Under the pieces are notes generated by a model that had not been told where the DNA came from, did no database searches, and saw only the letters and a program-made list of their open reading frames with translations. DNA of 64,000 nt. It comes from Candidatus Marinacidobacterales bacterium. Its GTDB lineage: Bacteria > Acidobacteriota > Vicinamibacteria > Marinacidobacterales > DATDRI01. Of this stretch, positions 9,490 through 22,185 are shown in pieces (positions within the stretch are counted from its first letter, which is position 1; the number at the start of each line of letters is the position of its first letter). Made by a program: the position numbers and the translations under genes. Where the stretch lies: the NCBI GenBank assembly GCA_965219415.1, contig CBDCNP010000002.1:3456001-3520000 (forward strand), given 5' to 3'.

Positions 9490-12400
9490 CTACCAGTCGT
9501 ATGCCAGTGACCCGATGACACTGATCCCCGGGCTCGAATACCGATCGATCACCGGGTCGTTCGCCTGGCGTCCCCGCACGTTCCACCACTCGAAGTACGT
9601 CGCGTCCGTCAGGTTGAGCAGACCAAGACGAAACGTGAGGGCCTCTGCGAGCGAGACGTGGCTCACCAGGTCGACGACCTGGTAGGCGTCCGGCGCGAAC
9701 TGGTTTTCATCAGGGGCACCCTGATACGACTCGACCAACCTGACCGACAGCTCCGCACCCCAACGGCCGGACGGTTGGAGGTACTGGATACCGAGCACGC
9801 CTTCGCTCGGCGCGATGGAACCAAGCGGCGTCTCGGCCGCGAGCGGCGGGACCGCAGCGTCCTTTGAGATCTCAACGCCGTCGATTCTCGCGTAGCTCCC
9901 GCGAATCATCACGCGGTTGGTCACGTACGCCTCGCCGCGCAGCTCGACACCCTTGATCTCGGCCTGTTCGAGGTTCCGGCTCTGGAATTCGAGCAGCCGG
10001 GTTCTTGGATTAAAACCGATCGTCGTCAGGTCGATGAAGTCATCGAACCGGTTCGAGAAGACGGTCACGCCGAAGCTCGCGCGGTCGAACGCGGTCCGCA
10101 CACCGACCTCGATGTTGTCGCTCGTCTCCGCCCTGAGCTTGGGATTGGGAAGCGTGACGTAGCCTCCCTGTGGGTTCGTGAAGCCGGTGTTGACGGTGCT
10201 GTATGGTGGCGCCCGGAACCCGCTGGCGTACTGCGCGTGGACGGTCACCACATCCGTCAATCGCGCCGACACACCAACTTTCGGCGACACGGCGCTGTAG
10301 GAGAAGTCGATCGGCTCCGGGTTCAGGCTTGCAAGAAAGATCGGGTCGCTCTGGTTGGCGTCGAGCGAGAAGTGATCGTAACGCACCCCCGGCACGAGCG
10401 TGACGCGGCCGAACTGGAGCTCCGCCTGGACGTACGTACCGGACTCGGCGACGTCGCTCTCGGGAAAGTACTTGGTCGGGAAGATCAGGCTGGTCGGCAC
10501 GGGCGCCGCCGTCCGAACGTTGAGCTCGCTCCGGTCGCGCAGGATGTCGAAGGTGTCGGTCTGGTAGCTGGCGCCGAACGTAACTAGTACACCGTTACTC
10601 GAACTACCCAGCCACTTCTGACCCCGAACCGATCCGCCGTAGCCAATCTGCTCGAAGTCGACCGTTTCGTGGCGCGTCGAATGAGTCGGCGGCCCGAAGC
10701 CGAACGTCATACGCTCACGATCGACGACCTGTAGTGTGTCGTTGTGCTGGCGGTAGATACGCCACGACAGTTGATCGAGACCGGCGCGGTCGACTAGCGT
10801 GTGATCGAGCGACAGGCGCTGGCGCCCCTGCGTGTCAACAGCAACCGAGTCCAACGTGTCATAAAGAAACGGGCCGAGCTGCGTCAATCCCATGTCCGAG
10901 AACCATGTCGTTTCGACATGGGTGTCGTAGACTTCCGCTGCCACGCGCCACATATTGCCGGGCGAGGCTGTGAAGACGAGCTTGCCCAGTAGTTGCGTGC
11001 CCCATACGTCTTGCGGATTCGCCGCGGTACGGGTGGCATCACGGGTTTTTACCGTTCCTTTATTAAAGACCTCGTTCCCGCGGTTGAAGCTGGCGAAGAG
11101 CAATGCTTGGAGCCGTTCGGTACCCCCGGCCAGAGTGAGGTTCCCACTGATATCCCCAGCGCGACCATTCCAGGTCGTCTTGGCGCCGATGTGGAACCGC
11201 CTGCCGCGGAGGTAGTCGCCCGGATCCTTGGTGAACAGCGACACCACGCCGCCGAGGGCGTCGCTGCCGTAAAGCGCCGAGTTGGCATTCCGCACGATCT
11301 CGACGGATTTCAACACATCGAGATCGAGCGCCATCTGATGCATGCTGAACGGCCCGAAGTCGAACTGCTCCGCTGTCTGAATGCCGTCCACCTGCGTCAT
11401 CACGCGATTCCTTCCGATGCCGCGGATGTTGAATCCGTTAAGACCAAGACGGGTCACATTGTTTTCGACGTACACCCCGGGTTCGTACTTGACGAGATCC
11501 GACAGGTTCTCGAATAGCCTCGCCTGAATGACCTCGCTGTCGACGACCGTCACCATGCCAGGGATCTCCCGTACTGGCGACGGCCGGAGCGTCGCGGTCA
11601 CGGTCACGGAATCGAAGAAAGTCGGCCAATCATCTGTCGACTGAGCAGCGTCGGTTTCGGCGGCAGCGCCCGGTTGGTCGGTCACCTGCCGATCGGTCGA
11701 CTGCCGGCTGGCTGCATCTTGCTGTGCCGATATATGCGCGACCTGGGACATGACCCAGTCAGCGATCCGGCTGTCCGGGAGCACGGGTCGACCGTCCCAG
11801 AGGTAATCCAATCCAGTGAGTACGTTGGGTACCTGGTCGACGACGCGTCCCGGCCCGAGCAGGAGCGGCACAACGACGACCCGCCCCGACGCTGCACGGT
11901 TGGCCACCGAGTGTCTGAGCTCCGAGAGCGCCTGGTCTTTGACCGGTGTGGGCGCATCATCTCGCAAGAGGCGGACGTCGACCTCCTTAAACGGAACGAG
12001 AGACCGGATTTGGACGCCAAGTTCTCGGATCACGTCCATCCACCGGTCTGCGTCTGCGACGCCGTTCGGCCCGTGTGCCACAATGACGAGGCTTTCCGTG
12101 GATGGGTCACGACTGAGCGCACGCGCTCGGTCGGACAAGATGTCAGCGAGGATCGGATCTGCATCAAGCGCCGGCGTGACGCCGACAACGTCAGCAGGCC
12201 CGTGCAGCGACGTGAGTTTCATCCGTTCGGAGCCCGGGTAATCGTCACGAAGGCGGCCAATGAAGCGGACCTGTTCGTAGTGCGAGCTGTAAGAAGATAC
12301 CAGGAGCGGCACGACGACAATCCGCTGGACACCAGCCACGACCAGTTCGTCGTACGCCTCCTGCGGTGTGCGGTTCTTCGCACCCATCAGGTACGCCACT

Positions 12401-12582
12401 TTAGATGGTATGTGTTGTTGAATAATCGTCACCACGGCCTCGACGTTGGCGTTCCACGCCGCCGTCGAGCCATGAGCCACGACCAACACGCCGAGTTGCT
12501 CATCAGCCGCCGCAGCGAGCGTCGAGCCGACGGGTGAGAGAAAGAGGATCGAGCACAATAGAAGCCGAGCGATATGAGTCAT
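9490..12582 (-). CDS. CbiX-like domain fused to a TonB-dependent heme/hemoglobin-type receptor
   Basis: Signal peptide; N-terminal LVVAHGS/VVVPLL/IVAHG; TonB box DSVTVTAT; plug region SALYGSDALGGVV; FRAP and NPKL motifs; C-terminal W. Confidence 0.88.
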   Translation of the reverse strand: MTHIARLLLCSILFLSPVGSTLAAAADEQLGVLVVAHGSTAAWNANVEAVVTIIQQHIPSKVAYLMGAKNRTPQEAYDELVVAGVQRIVVVPLLVSSYSSHYEQVRFIGRLRDDYPGSERMKLTSLHGPADVVGVTPALDADPILADILSDRARALSRDPSTESLVIVAHGPNGVADADRWMDVIRELGVQIRSLVPFKEVDVRLLRDDAPTPVKDQALSELRHSVANRAASGRVVVVPLLLGPGRVVDQVPNVLTGLDYLWDGRPVLPDSRIADWVMSQVAHISAQQDAASRQSTDRQVTDQPGAAAETDAAQSTDDWPTFFDSVTVTATLRPSPVREIPGMVTVVDSEVIQARLFENLSDLVKYEPGVYVENNVTRLGLNGFNIRGIGRNRVMTQVDGIQTAEQFDFGPFSMHQMALDLDVLKSVEIVRNANSALYGSDALGGVVSLFTKDPGDYLRGRRFHIGAKTTWNGRAGDISGNLTLAGGTERLQALLFASFNRGNEVFNKGTVKTRDATRTAANPQDVWGTQLLGKLVFTASPGNMWRVAAEVYDTHVETTWFSDMGLTQLGPFLYDTLDSVAVDTQGRQRLSLDHTLVDRAGLDQLSWRIYRQHNDTLQVVDRERMTFGFGPPTHSTRHETVDFEQIGYGGSVRGQKWLGSSSNGVLVTFGASYQTDTFDILRDRSELNVRTAAPVPTSLIFPTKYFPESDVAESGTYVQAELQFGRVTLVPGVRYDHFSLDANQSDPIFLASLNPEPIDFSYSAVSPKVGVSARLTDVVTVHAQYASGFRAPPYSTVNTGFTNPQGGYVTLPNPKLRAETSDNIEVGVRTAFDRASFGVTVFSNRFDDFIDLTTIGFNPRTRLLEFQSRNLEQAEIKGVELRGEAYVTNRVMIRGSYARIDGVEISKDAAVPPLAAETPLGSIAPSEGVLGIQYLQPSGRWGAELSVRLVESYQGAPDENQFAPDAYQVVDLVSHVSLAEALTFRLGLLNLTDATYFEWWNVRGRQANDPVIDRYSSPGISVIGSLAYDW

Positions 12583-12693
12583 GGCACTCCTCTTAGTTGC
12601 GCGCCACACCCTCTCGCCGCTAAAATGCAGTGAGCGAGCGCTGTCGCGCGTCTTCACGTGTGATTAGGTCTTGTGGACCGTGCGTTCGTGCAA

Positions 12694-12732
12694 GCTCGCC
12701 GGGTGTGGCAACATCCGGCGAGCGTTTTTTTT
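12694..12732 (+). terminator. Intrinsic terminator-like hairpin with T tract
   Basis: 13-bp stem GCTCGCCGGGTGT/ACATCCGGCGAGC followed by a T run. Confidence 0.55.
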
Positions 12733-12837
12733 GCCTCAGAGTTTAGAACACTTCATCAGCCTCTCCACCGTTCGTTTGTAACAGGCGACGTCTCTCTGTA
12801 GAACGTGTGCCGGCACCTGGAGCAACTGGAGAATGTT

Positions 12838-12856
12838 GAAACTGAATTTCATTACC
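12838..12856. promoter_or_regulatory. Putative Fur box
   Basis: Minus strand GGTAATGAAATTCAGTTTC, 14/19 match to GATAATGATAATCATTATC, upstream of the TonB receptor. Confidence 0.55.
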
Positions 12857-12903
12857 ACTTTCAGGATCCTATATCTGACTAAGTCCGTCGGTCAAGTAAA
12901 ATC

Positions 12904-13069
12904 GGTGCTTCCGCCATTAAGTGTTGGTGAGATGACATTAAGATTTTACGGTGCATTAAGTTACAGGCAAAATAGCGCTCGTCACCTTCGCTGCGCGCTA
13001 AATAGAGCGTAAGCGACTCCTTTGCAATGGGATACGTACACATCACCAACAGTAAACAGCGCAAGCACC
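12904..13069. mobile_element. 166-bp IS1-type MITE
   Basis: Same as 4263-4428. Confidence 0.85.
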
Positions 13070-13462
13070 GACGGTCTGGACCTCGCCAGCCTGCGGCGGG
13101 CCTGGGAGCAGACCTTTGGGTCCGCTCCGCCAAGCTCGCTCTCACGCGCTCTCCTGCGCCGCGTTCTTGCGTACGAACGCCAATGCCGGACCCATGGGGG
13201 GCATTCGGCCGCAACCCGACGCGCTCTGGCCGCCATGGCGAACGGCACACCAAAACACTCTGCTCCCGCAGGGTCCGTTTCTGCCGGCACCCATCTCATT
13301 CGTGAGTGGAATGGCCGCACCTACCAGGTCGAGGTACTCGATAACGGCTATCGGTTCGACGGCAAAACCTACCCGTCCCTCACCACCGTCACAAAGCGAA
13401 TCACCGGCACACACTGGTCAGGACCACGCTTTTTCGGTCTGACGCCCAAGCGCAAGGCCTGA
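13070..13462 (+). pseudogene. DUF2924 protein, 5'-truncated by MITE
   Basis: GTHLIREWNG...SLT..ITGTHWSGPRFFGL. Confidence 0.8.
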
Positions 13463-13463
13463 C

Positions 13464-13804
13464 ATGACGAAAATCCGCTGCGCCATCTATACCCGAAAGA
13501 GCGCTGAAGAGGGTCTCGAACAGGATTTCAACTCCCTCGATGCACAGCGGGAGGCCTGCACCGCATATGTCGCGAGCCACAAGGCGGAGGACTGGGTGCT
13601 GCTGCCAACTGTCTACGAGGACGCGGGGATCTCGGGAGGAACCCTGGAGCGCCCGGGCCTACAGCGCTTGCTCGCCGACATCGATGCCGGTCTCGTCGAG
13701 CAGATTGTGGTCTACAAGGTCGACCGGCTGACCCGTTCCCTCTCCGACTTTGCGAAGCTCGTCGAACGGCTCGAGGCGGCCGGCGCGGTTTTTGTCTCGG
13801 TGAC
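13464..13804 (+). pseudogene. Large serine recombinase N-terminal fragment, cut by end A
   Basis: AIYTRKS, SLDAQRE, RPGLQRLL, VYKVDRLTRS. Confidence 0.88.
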
Positions 13805-14009
13805 CCCGTCCTGTGCCAAAACTCGGCTGTGATCCGCAAAAAAGAAAACCGGCCAGAAGCAGCCGACTATGGTAGGTCTAACCCGCGCAATCAACACCGG
13901 CTCGACTTCTTGCGGAGCACAGGCCGTCTGGAGATGGTTTCAGTGTTCATGGGTTCTGACTCGGCGACCAAAATGGAAATCTCGGCCGATAGGGTATGGT
14001 AGCCAACCG

Positions 14010-14036
14010 AGGCCCGCACGTCGACCGTGCGGGCCT
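14010..14036. other. Perfect 11-bp hairpin
   Basis: AGGCCCGCACG-TCGAC-CGTGCGGGCCT. Confidence 0.5.
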
Positions 14037-14266
14037 AGCCCAAAACCGGTGACGGGAGCAGCGCCAGCGCAAGCACCGCGACAAGGGCACTCAGGAAGCA
14101 TTCGTGTGTGTGGCATGGGGTACTCATTCCTGGCGAGACGCTACTGGCGACGGGCGAACCCCAGACTGAGCGAGAACCGGAGATTTGGCTCTAATTCACT
14201 GAGGCTTCCGGAGGAGCCAGTAGTGACCGACGCACTCAGAAACAATGCGCCCGTGGGGATCGCGGC

Positions 14267-15749
14267 GTGACGTCCAAGGCACCAGATGCGTCGTATGGCC
14301 TGCGCCAGCGGACCGGCTGGGTGGTTGGACCCACGGCCCTGCTGCTCACGCTGCTGCTGCCACCCCCGCCGGGTCTCAGCGTCGAAGGGTGGCTGACGGC
14401 TGGCGCTGCCATGCTGATGGCCACCTTCTGGATCGCCGAGTCGATCCCGATTCCGGCGACGGCGTTGCTGCCGCTCGTGCTGTTTCCCGCGCTCAGACTC
14501 GGGAACATTACCGAGACGGCAGCCCCGTTCGCCAACCCGATCATCTTCCTGCTCCTTGGCGGGTTCATCCTCGCGCTCGCGATGCAGCGGTGGAATCTCC
14601 ACCGTCGCGTGGCCATCGGACTGATCGGCATGCTCGGCACGAAGCCGTCGTCGATCATCGCGGGGTTCCTGTTGAGCTCGGCGCTCGTGAGCATGTGGGT
14701 CAGCAACACGGCGACATCGCTGATGATGCTGCCGATCGCCTTGTCGGTCGTGCAGTTACTGCCGGACCCGGCCCACCAGACGCGAGAGGTGCGGGGGTTC
14801 AGCACGGCGCTGCTCCTGTCCATCGCCTATGGTGCGACGACGGGAGGAATGGGCACGCTGATCGGCACCCCGCCAAACGCGCTCCTGGTTGGGTACATCG
14901 CGAATGTCTACGACGTGACCATCGGCTTCGGTCAGTGGATGTTGCTCGGCGTCCCGGTAGTGCTCGTCGCCCTACCCGCGGTGTACCTCGTGCTGACCAG
15001 AATCATGTTCACCCTCGATGCTCGCGAACTTCCGGGTATGGCCGACTTGATCACGGCTGAAAAGGCCGCGCAAGGTCGAATGGCCCGCGGAGAGCTCGCC
15101 GTGGCCGTGGTGTTCGTGCTGACGGCGGGCTGCTGGGTGTTCCGGCCGCTCATCGCCGGCGCCGTGCCACTGGTCACCGACACGACCATCGCGATGGCCG
15201 GCGCGCTCCTGCTCTTCATGGTCCCGGTGGACCTCCGAAGCGGCGACTTCGTGATGAACTGGGAGACCACCAAAAGAGCTGCCCTGGGGCGTGCTCCTGC
15301 TCTTCGGCGGAGGACTCAGCTTGGCAGGCAACATCGAGCGGCATGGCCTGGCGACCTATCTCGGCAACCTCGCGATGGGTCTCGGAGACGTGCCGTTGAT
15401 ATTCATGCTCTGCGCGATCTGCTTCGGGGTGCTGCTGCTGACCGAGTTGACGAGCAACACCGCCACCGCCGCCACGTTCCTGCCGATCGGCGGGGCGCTG
15501 GCGGTGAGCCTTGGTCACAACCCTCTGCTGCTCACGATTCCGATCGCGCTCGCGGCGAACAGCTCGTACATGCTTCCGGTTGGCACGCCCCCGAACGCGA
15601 TCATCTACGGCAGCGGCCTCATCACGCTGCCGCAGATGGCGAGGGCCGGGTTCCTGTTGAACATCTTGCTAGTTCCCATCGTGGTCGCGTTGCTGCTGCT
15701 TCTCGGGCCGATGATTTTCGGCATCGAGTTGGGCTTCGTACCTGACTGA
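14267..15749 (+). CDS. SLC13/DASS di/tricarboxylate:Na symporter with one frameshift at ~15275 (pseudogene or read error)
   Basis: SMWVSNTAT, GTLIGTPPN, LTSNTAT, LPVGTPPNAI; extra A in a homopolymer before the LPWG motif. Confidence 0.85.
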
Positions 15750-15959
15750 GTGAGGTAGACATCGGTGGGAGACATCCACGATTCCTTTCTAAAACCCTCT
15801 CAGGGTGTCCTGGGCTGTTCTAGGGCCGTTCCAGGACGTTTCCTGGAGCGCGACCGGGCCAACCCTCTCTGGGGAGCTCCCCGCGTGCATGGCGAGCTGG
15901 CGAAGCTAGGCATCTCCATTTCCCAGGCCGCCGTCTCCAAGTATAGGGTTCGCCATCGC

Positions 15960-17158
15960 CGTGAGGTCAAAATACTCATGCGGCTTCCCGATGGTAGAAA
16001 CGTAGCAACCCGCCAAGCCGTTCACGGGAGCGCACCTTGCGCTCGGACTGAGGTAACTGGTCGCTGGCTGGGAACAGCAGCAGATTCTCCTTGCCTTGAT
16101 GATTCCTCTCATGATGATAGTAGACGACGTACTCCCTAAGCGCATGACGGAGCGACTTCTCGCCGAACAGGATGAGCTTCGAGAGACATTCCTCTTTGAC
16201 TGACTTCACCCAGCGCTCCGCGAACGAGTTCAAATCCGGGCTCCGTGCGGGCAGCTTGACGGGCGCGACGCCAACCGCCTCGATGGTCCGGTGGAACGAC
16301 TCGCAGAACTTCGAGTCCCGGTCGTGAATGAGGTATCGGCTCGATGACAGAAAGCCGACATCTGCCATGGTCACGTTGCGAGCCACTTGAGTCATCCACT
16401 GTTCGTTCGGATGCGGCGTGATGCCGGCGACGTGGACTCGACGGGTAGCCAGGTGCATGAAGAACAGAACGTAGTACGTCACCAACCCGCCCTGAGTCCA
16501 CACTTGCGTGGTGAAGAAATCTGTCGCCGCGAGCACGTCCATGTGCGAGCGGATGAATTCCCTCCACGTCGTGTTCTTCCGACGCTCTGGTGCGAGCGGA
16601 ATGCCGTGGCGTTTCAGAATGTTACCGACGGTTTGGTCGGCCACTTCATGCCCAACGTTGGCTAGCGCCCCTGCAATCCGGTCGTAACCCCAGGACTTGT
16701 TCTCCTTGGCGAGACGCACTACCAGCTCTTCGATGTCGGCGTCGATCCGCGGTCGCCCTGGATACGGACGGTTCTCGGAGCTGTCGAACTTCTTCGCGAC
16801 AAGCCTCCGGTGCCAACCTAGGATCGTGTCGGGGTTCACGATACTCGCGATCTCATCAAGGGCTTGCTTACCCAGACGCTTTCCGAGCTCGGCCAGAGAC
16901 CGCCGTTCGCCATCGGTCAGGCGCAAGCGACCCTGGAGATGATTTCGAAGAACTCGATTCTCGGCCACAAGATACTCGTTGCGCAGGAGCAATTCCTCAT
17001 CCACGGATCCTGAGATGTAGCTCAGCATGGTCTTCCAGTCCATCGCAACTCCTTCCGCTGAACTGGAATACGTATCCGACAGCGATGGCGGATTCAAGCG
17101 GCCTTTGGAAAGGTGCAAACTGCTGACCCGCTGGGCGTTCGAGTATTTTGACCAGACG
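15960..17158 (-). mobile_element. Complete IS481-like element (type E), ~1.2 kb
   Basis: IRs CGTGAGGTCAAAATACTC / CGTCTGGTCAAAATACTC; no TSD visible. Confidence 0.85.
15976..17043 (-). CDS. rve/integrase-core DDE transposase
   Basis: MDWKTML..., ATDFFT, LIHDRDSKF, AERWVKSVKEECL, LGGLLRFYHREAA. Confidence 0.9.
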   Translation of the reverse strand: MDWKTMLSYISGSVDEELLLRNEYLVAENRVLRNHLQGRLRLTDGERRSLAELGKRLGKQALDEIASIVNPDTILGWHRRLVAKKFDSSENRPYPGRPRIDADIEELVVRLAKENKSWGYDRIAGALANVGHEVADQTVGNILKRHGIPLAPERRKNTTWREFIRSHMDVLAATDFFTTQVWTQGGLVTYYVLFFMHLATRRVHVAGITPHPNEQWMTQVARNVTMADVGFLSSSRYLIHDRDSKFCESFHRTIEAVGVAPVKLPARSPDLNSFAERWVKSVKEECLSKLILFGEKSLRHALREYVVYYHHERNHQGKENLLLFPASDQLPQSERKVRSRERLGGLLRFYHREAA

Positions 17159-19629
17159 GGCTCGAGAAGATCGAGCATCGAGGTCCACTGCGAGAAGACG
17201 AGGGACTTGTGGCCCTCGGAAGCCGCGGTATCGAGGGAAGACATGAGCAGCTCGGTCTTGGACGACGTCGAAGCGCTCTGGCCCGGCACGAGAGCCGGGT
17301 GGCAGGCCGCTTGCCGCAACCGCAGAAGCGCCTCGAGCGCCGCGAGGACACCCCCTTTCGACTTGAGCTTCCGCAGCACGTCCCTTCGAGCCGCCAAACG
17401 CACGGTTTCGTAGACTTCTCTCTCGCTCGCCTCAAGCTCGGCATGGAGCGTAACCTCGGTTCGGGGTGGAAGCTCCGGAGCGACTTCACTCTTGAGCCGC
17501 CTCAGAAAGAACGGCCGGATGCGCTCGCGAAGACGCTCCAGGGGCTCTTCCTCTCCCCTCCCGATCGGACGCACGTATCGCTCCTCGAAATCGGAGAGTC
17601 CTCCGAGCAACCCGGGGGCGAGAAAGTGCATCTGGCTCCAGAGATCGACGAGGCGGTTCTCGATGGGAGTCCCCGTCAAGCTCACGCGAAACGCGGCGTC
17701 GAGCCTGTAAGCCGACTGGGCGAGCTGGCTCTCGGGATTCTTGATGGCTTGCCCCTCGTCGAGCACGACCACGTTCCAGGCGACGGATGAGAAGACCTCC
17801 CGGTCTTGGCGCAGGAGCGCGTGGCTCGTAATCGTCAAATCCGCCGCCGCGTCAAGCTTTCGATGCGGGCCGTGATAGAGCGAAACGGCTAGCTCAGGGC
17901 GAAACCGGCGCGCTTCGGAGATCCAGTTCGGAAGCACGCTGGTAGGCGCGGCGACGAGACTCCTCCCTTCGAGAGCGCAAAGAGCCTGGAGCGTCTTCCC
18001 CAACCCCATGTCGTCCGCTAGAAGCGCCCCGAGCCGCGCGTTTCGAAGAAAGACCAGCCAGTCGACACCAGTTCGCTGATAGTCTCGAAGCTTTTTCCGA
18101 AGCTCTTCCGCGAGGCGAGCTTCGGGCAGCCCTCCGAAATCCTTCGCCAGAACACTCAGCTCGTCGAAGCCCGCGGGGATCGGAGCATCGAGCGATTCCG
18201 CGAGGCGAGCGAGATCGGGGAGTGCGGCTCTGGGCAGCGCAGCTCTCGCCTCGCGTGCGGCGAGCAGATCGGCAACGCGAGCACCATGGACGTCGAGCCA
18301 GTCGAGCGGCAGCGGGGCGTAACCACCGCCCCAGAGTGCCACGAGCGAATGCCCCTCCCTGAAGGCCCGCATTACACCGCGCGGATCGGCCCTCTTGCCT
18401 GACGACTCGAAGGCGATCTCGAAGTCTTCGTCACCAATCGAGAGACGAGGCCTGAGCTCGGGATGCAAACGGAAAGCCTCGTAGTCCGTGCCTTCGATCG
18501 CTCCCTCGAAACGTTCGAGCTTCGTGACAAGCTCGATGGCTTCCTCTGTCGATAGTTCGAGGCCGCGGCCGGCGGGAATCCCGAGCGCCCAGGCCGCACG
18601 TTCCTCGGCGGCACGCTCCCCTGCCTCGTCCCGGAGCGGGACATCGCCGCCGAGAGAGACGAGTCTGCCATCTTCCACACGAGCTCTCGGTGGATCTCCG
18701 TAGACGATCCGAAGCAAGACATAGAGCCGATCGCCGTCGCGTCGGCAGAAAATCGAAGGGCGGGCTTGCTCGCGAGATTCGCCCGGGAGATTCCGCGTCC
18801 GGATTTCGAGCGCGACACGCTCTCGCAGAGATGGCAAGACTTCGCTCACGAGCGTTGCCACTTCGTCCGATCGGTAGACGCGCCCTCGAGTGAGCTCGTC
18901 CCGCTCGCGCCCCGTAAGACGCGGTTCAACCTCGGGACGTACCGCCTCACCTAGGAGAACGAGACCGTTCGCGAAGCGCTCGTCAAAAACGGGCTCCACG
19001 AGCCGCAGGACAAATCCACCCTCCGCGTCCTCGACACGCACGGAAGGCATGACGGGATTGGGATCCGCCACGACCCGTTTGCCGTCGAGAGTCACGGCGA
19101 CGCGAGAAAGAGCTCGCACGACGTCCGCCGCGACCTCGCGAGCAAGCACGTTCTCCCCAAAGTTGCCCTTAAGTGTTTTCTCGATCTTCAAATCCCGGGG
19201 TGTCGCATCGAACCGAGGTCCTCGGAAGGTCCCAGAGGCGATCCGGTCAAGGGGCATCTCGATCACATGAAAGCCGGCGTCGTCCGTCACCCCACGCGTG
19301 AGAGTGAGCCCCTGGGGTGACCTCGACAGATGATATTCAAGGTTTCGCGAGCCATTCTTGCCGAGCGTTCCTTGTCGTAGGGCAATGACGACGGCCGCCA
19401 CGTGCTCGCAGACAACGAGAGGGCTCTCGCAGTCGCACTCCCACTCCGAGTCCTCCGGGAACAGGGCAACGGTCGGAGTGAGCGGTGCCCCCTGTACGGC
19501 GACGCGTGCGAGGGTCTCGTCAACGTCCGACCTTTCGATCGTGACAGCTCCACGACGGGCGAGGGTCACCCCGATGGACCAAGCCTCTGGCGAGCAGCCT
19601 TCGCGGATGCGCGTGAAGAGCTCTGTCAC
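17159..19629 (-). pseudogene. SWIM zinc finger-SNF2 helicase, C-terminally truncated by IS and fused in frame to its transposase
   Basis: WECDC...CEH SWIM; LADDMGLGKT, DEGQ, LTGTPIEN and FSQW motifs. Confidence 0.88.
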
Positions 19630-20002
19630 CTCGTGGCCGCGAGCTTTTGGACCCATATCACGGCGAGCCCGAAGCCAATATGTAGTCGATGATGGACTCC
19701 AGCACATCGACCCAACAGTTCGAGGCGTCGTGTCCATTGACGAAACGGCTCGGCGTGCCCACGAAGATGTCCCTGAACGTCAGGCACCACGTAGCCAGCC
19801 CAGCCTGCATCGCCACCAGAACTGCGTCTCTCAAAATCAAGCTCAAACTCTAGCACGCGAAGACGATAGCGGCCTGTTGGTCACGCTGGATCCAACCAGC
19901 GATGGCGACAACTAACAAGGTCAAGGGCTGGATCGGCGTGCTCATGACCGAGGATTCTAGCTCCTATTGGCCAACCAAGCGTAGACACGTTTATTCCGAA
20001 AC

Positions 20003-21327
<1,325 letters not shown>

Positions 21328-21482
21328 CAGCAACTCCCAAGCCACCCTTGACGAACTCCTACCTCTTGTGGTCTTTTCCTTCATGGCGGTGTCTCCTTCC
21401 GTAGGCCCTTTCAGGCCGTTTTTTGCGACGCGGATGGTTACTCCGCCTTTACTCCATTTCCACACCTTTTGAGGGTAGCTCG
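21328..21482 (-). mobile_element. Probable IS256-like left-end fragment
   Basis: RBS plus MKEKTTRGRSSSRVAWELL, truncated by the IS1 end. Confidence 0.4.
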
Positions 21483-21495
21483 GCGGAAGCATCAA

Positions 21496-22185
21496 ATGAG
21501 CGCAGAACACAAGAGGATTCTTGATGTAGGCGCGGCGGTGACCCCATGCGCCTACATCTTCCTGGACGAGTCCGGAAACTTCGACTTCGGCGCGAGTGGG
21601 ACCCGCTATCTCGTGCTGACCAGCGTCGGTATGTGCCGCCCGTTTCCGGTGGGAGACAGGCTCGACGACTACAAGTACCATTGCATAGAAACCGGTACCG
21701 ACATTGAGCACTTCCATTGTTACGCCGATCGCTGGGGTGTGCGTCACGCTGTCTTCGATCTGATCGCGACCCAGCTCGACAACATGCGCATTCACTCTGT
21801 AGTGATTGAGAAGGCGAAAACTGCTCCGGCGATGCGGGAAACTGAGCGCTTATACAAGTGGATGTTGGGCTACTTGCTGAGAAGGGCACTGTCCGAGGAG
21901 TTAAACGCAGGAGCCAAAGAGGTCATTGTCATCACCGATACTATTCCAGTGAACAAGAAACGGAAAGCCGTTGAAAAAAGCATACAGCGTGCGTTGGCTT
22001 CGAAACAGCAGCCGAACGTGGCGTATCGCATCTTTCATCACCAGTCGCGTTCCCACTACGGGTTGCAGGTGGCCGATTACTGCTGTTGGGCGATCTTCCG
22101 TAAGTGGGAGAGAAGAGACAGTAGTTGGTATGACCGCATCAAACCAGCGGTGCAAGGCGAGTTCGACACTTTTCCGAAAGAATGA
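21496..22185 (+). CDS. DUF3800 family protein (RNase H-like fold)
   Basis: YIFLDESG N-terminal motif; C-terminal SHYGLQVADYCCW; start uncertain (21469/21496/21538). Confidence 0.85.
   Translation: MSAEHKRILDVGAAVTPCAYIFLDESGNFDFGASGTRYLVLTSVGMCRPFPVGDRLDDYKYHCIETGTDIEHFHCYADRWGVRHAVFDLIATQLDNMRIHSVVIEKAKTAPAMRETERLYKWMLGYLLRRALSEELNAGAKEVIVITDTIPVNKKRKAVEKSIQRALASKQQPNVAYRIFHHQSRSHYGLQVADYCCWAIFRKWERRDSSWYDRIKPAVQGEFDTFPKE

Noticed and set aside
12583-12900. Cobalamin riboswitch upstream of the CbiX-TonB gene
   Set aside because: No recognisable B12-element conserved motifs; a Fur-like box and heme-receptor motifs are present instead
15265-15285. Programmed frameshifts in SLC13 (and in IS256 at ~43895)
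   Set aside because: Single-base indels in short A runs; sequencing error or pseudogenisation is more likely
15976-19737. 1253-aa ORF as a native protein
   Set aside because: The IS inverted repeat lies at the domain junction; it is a chimera
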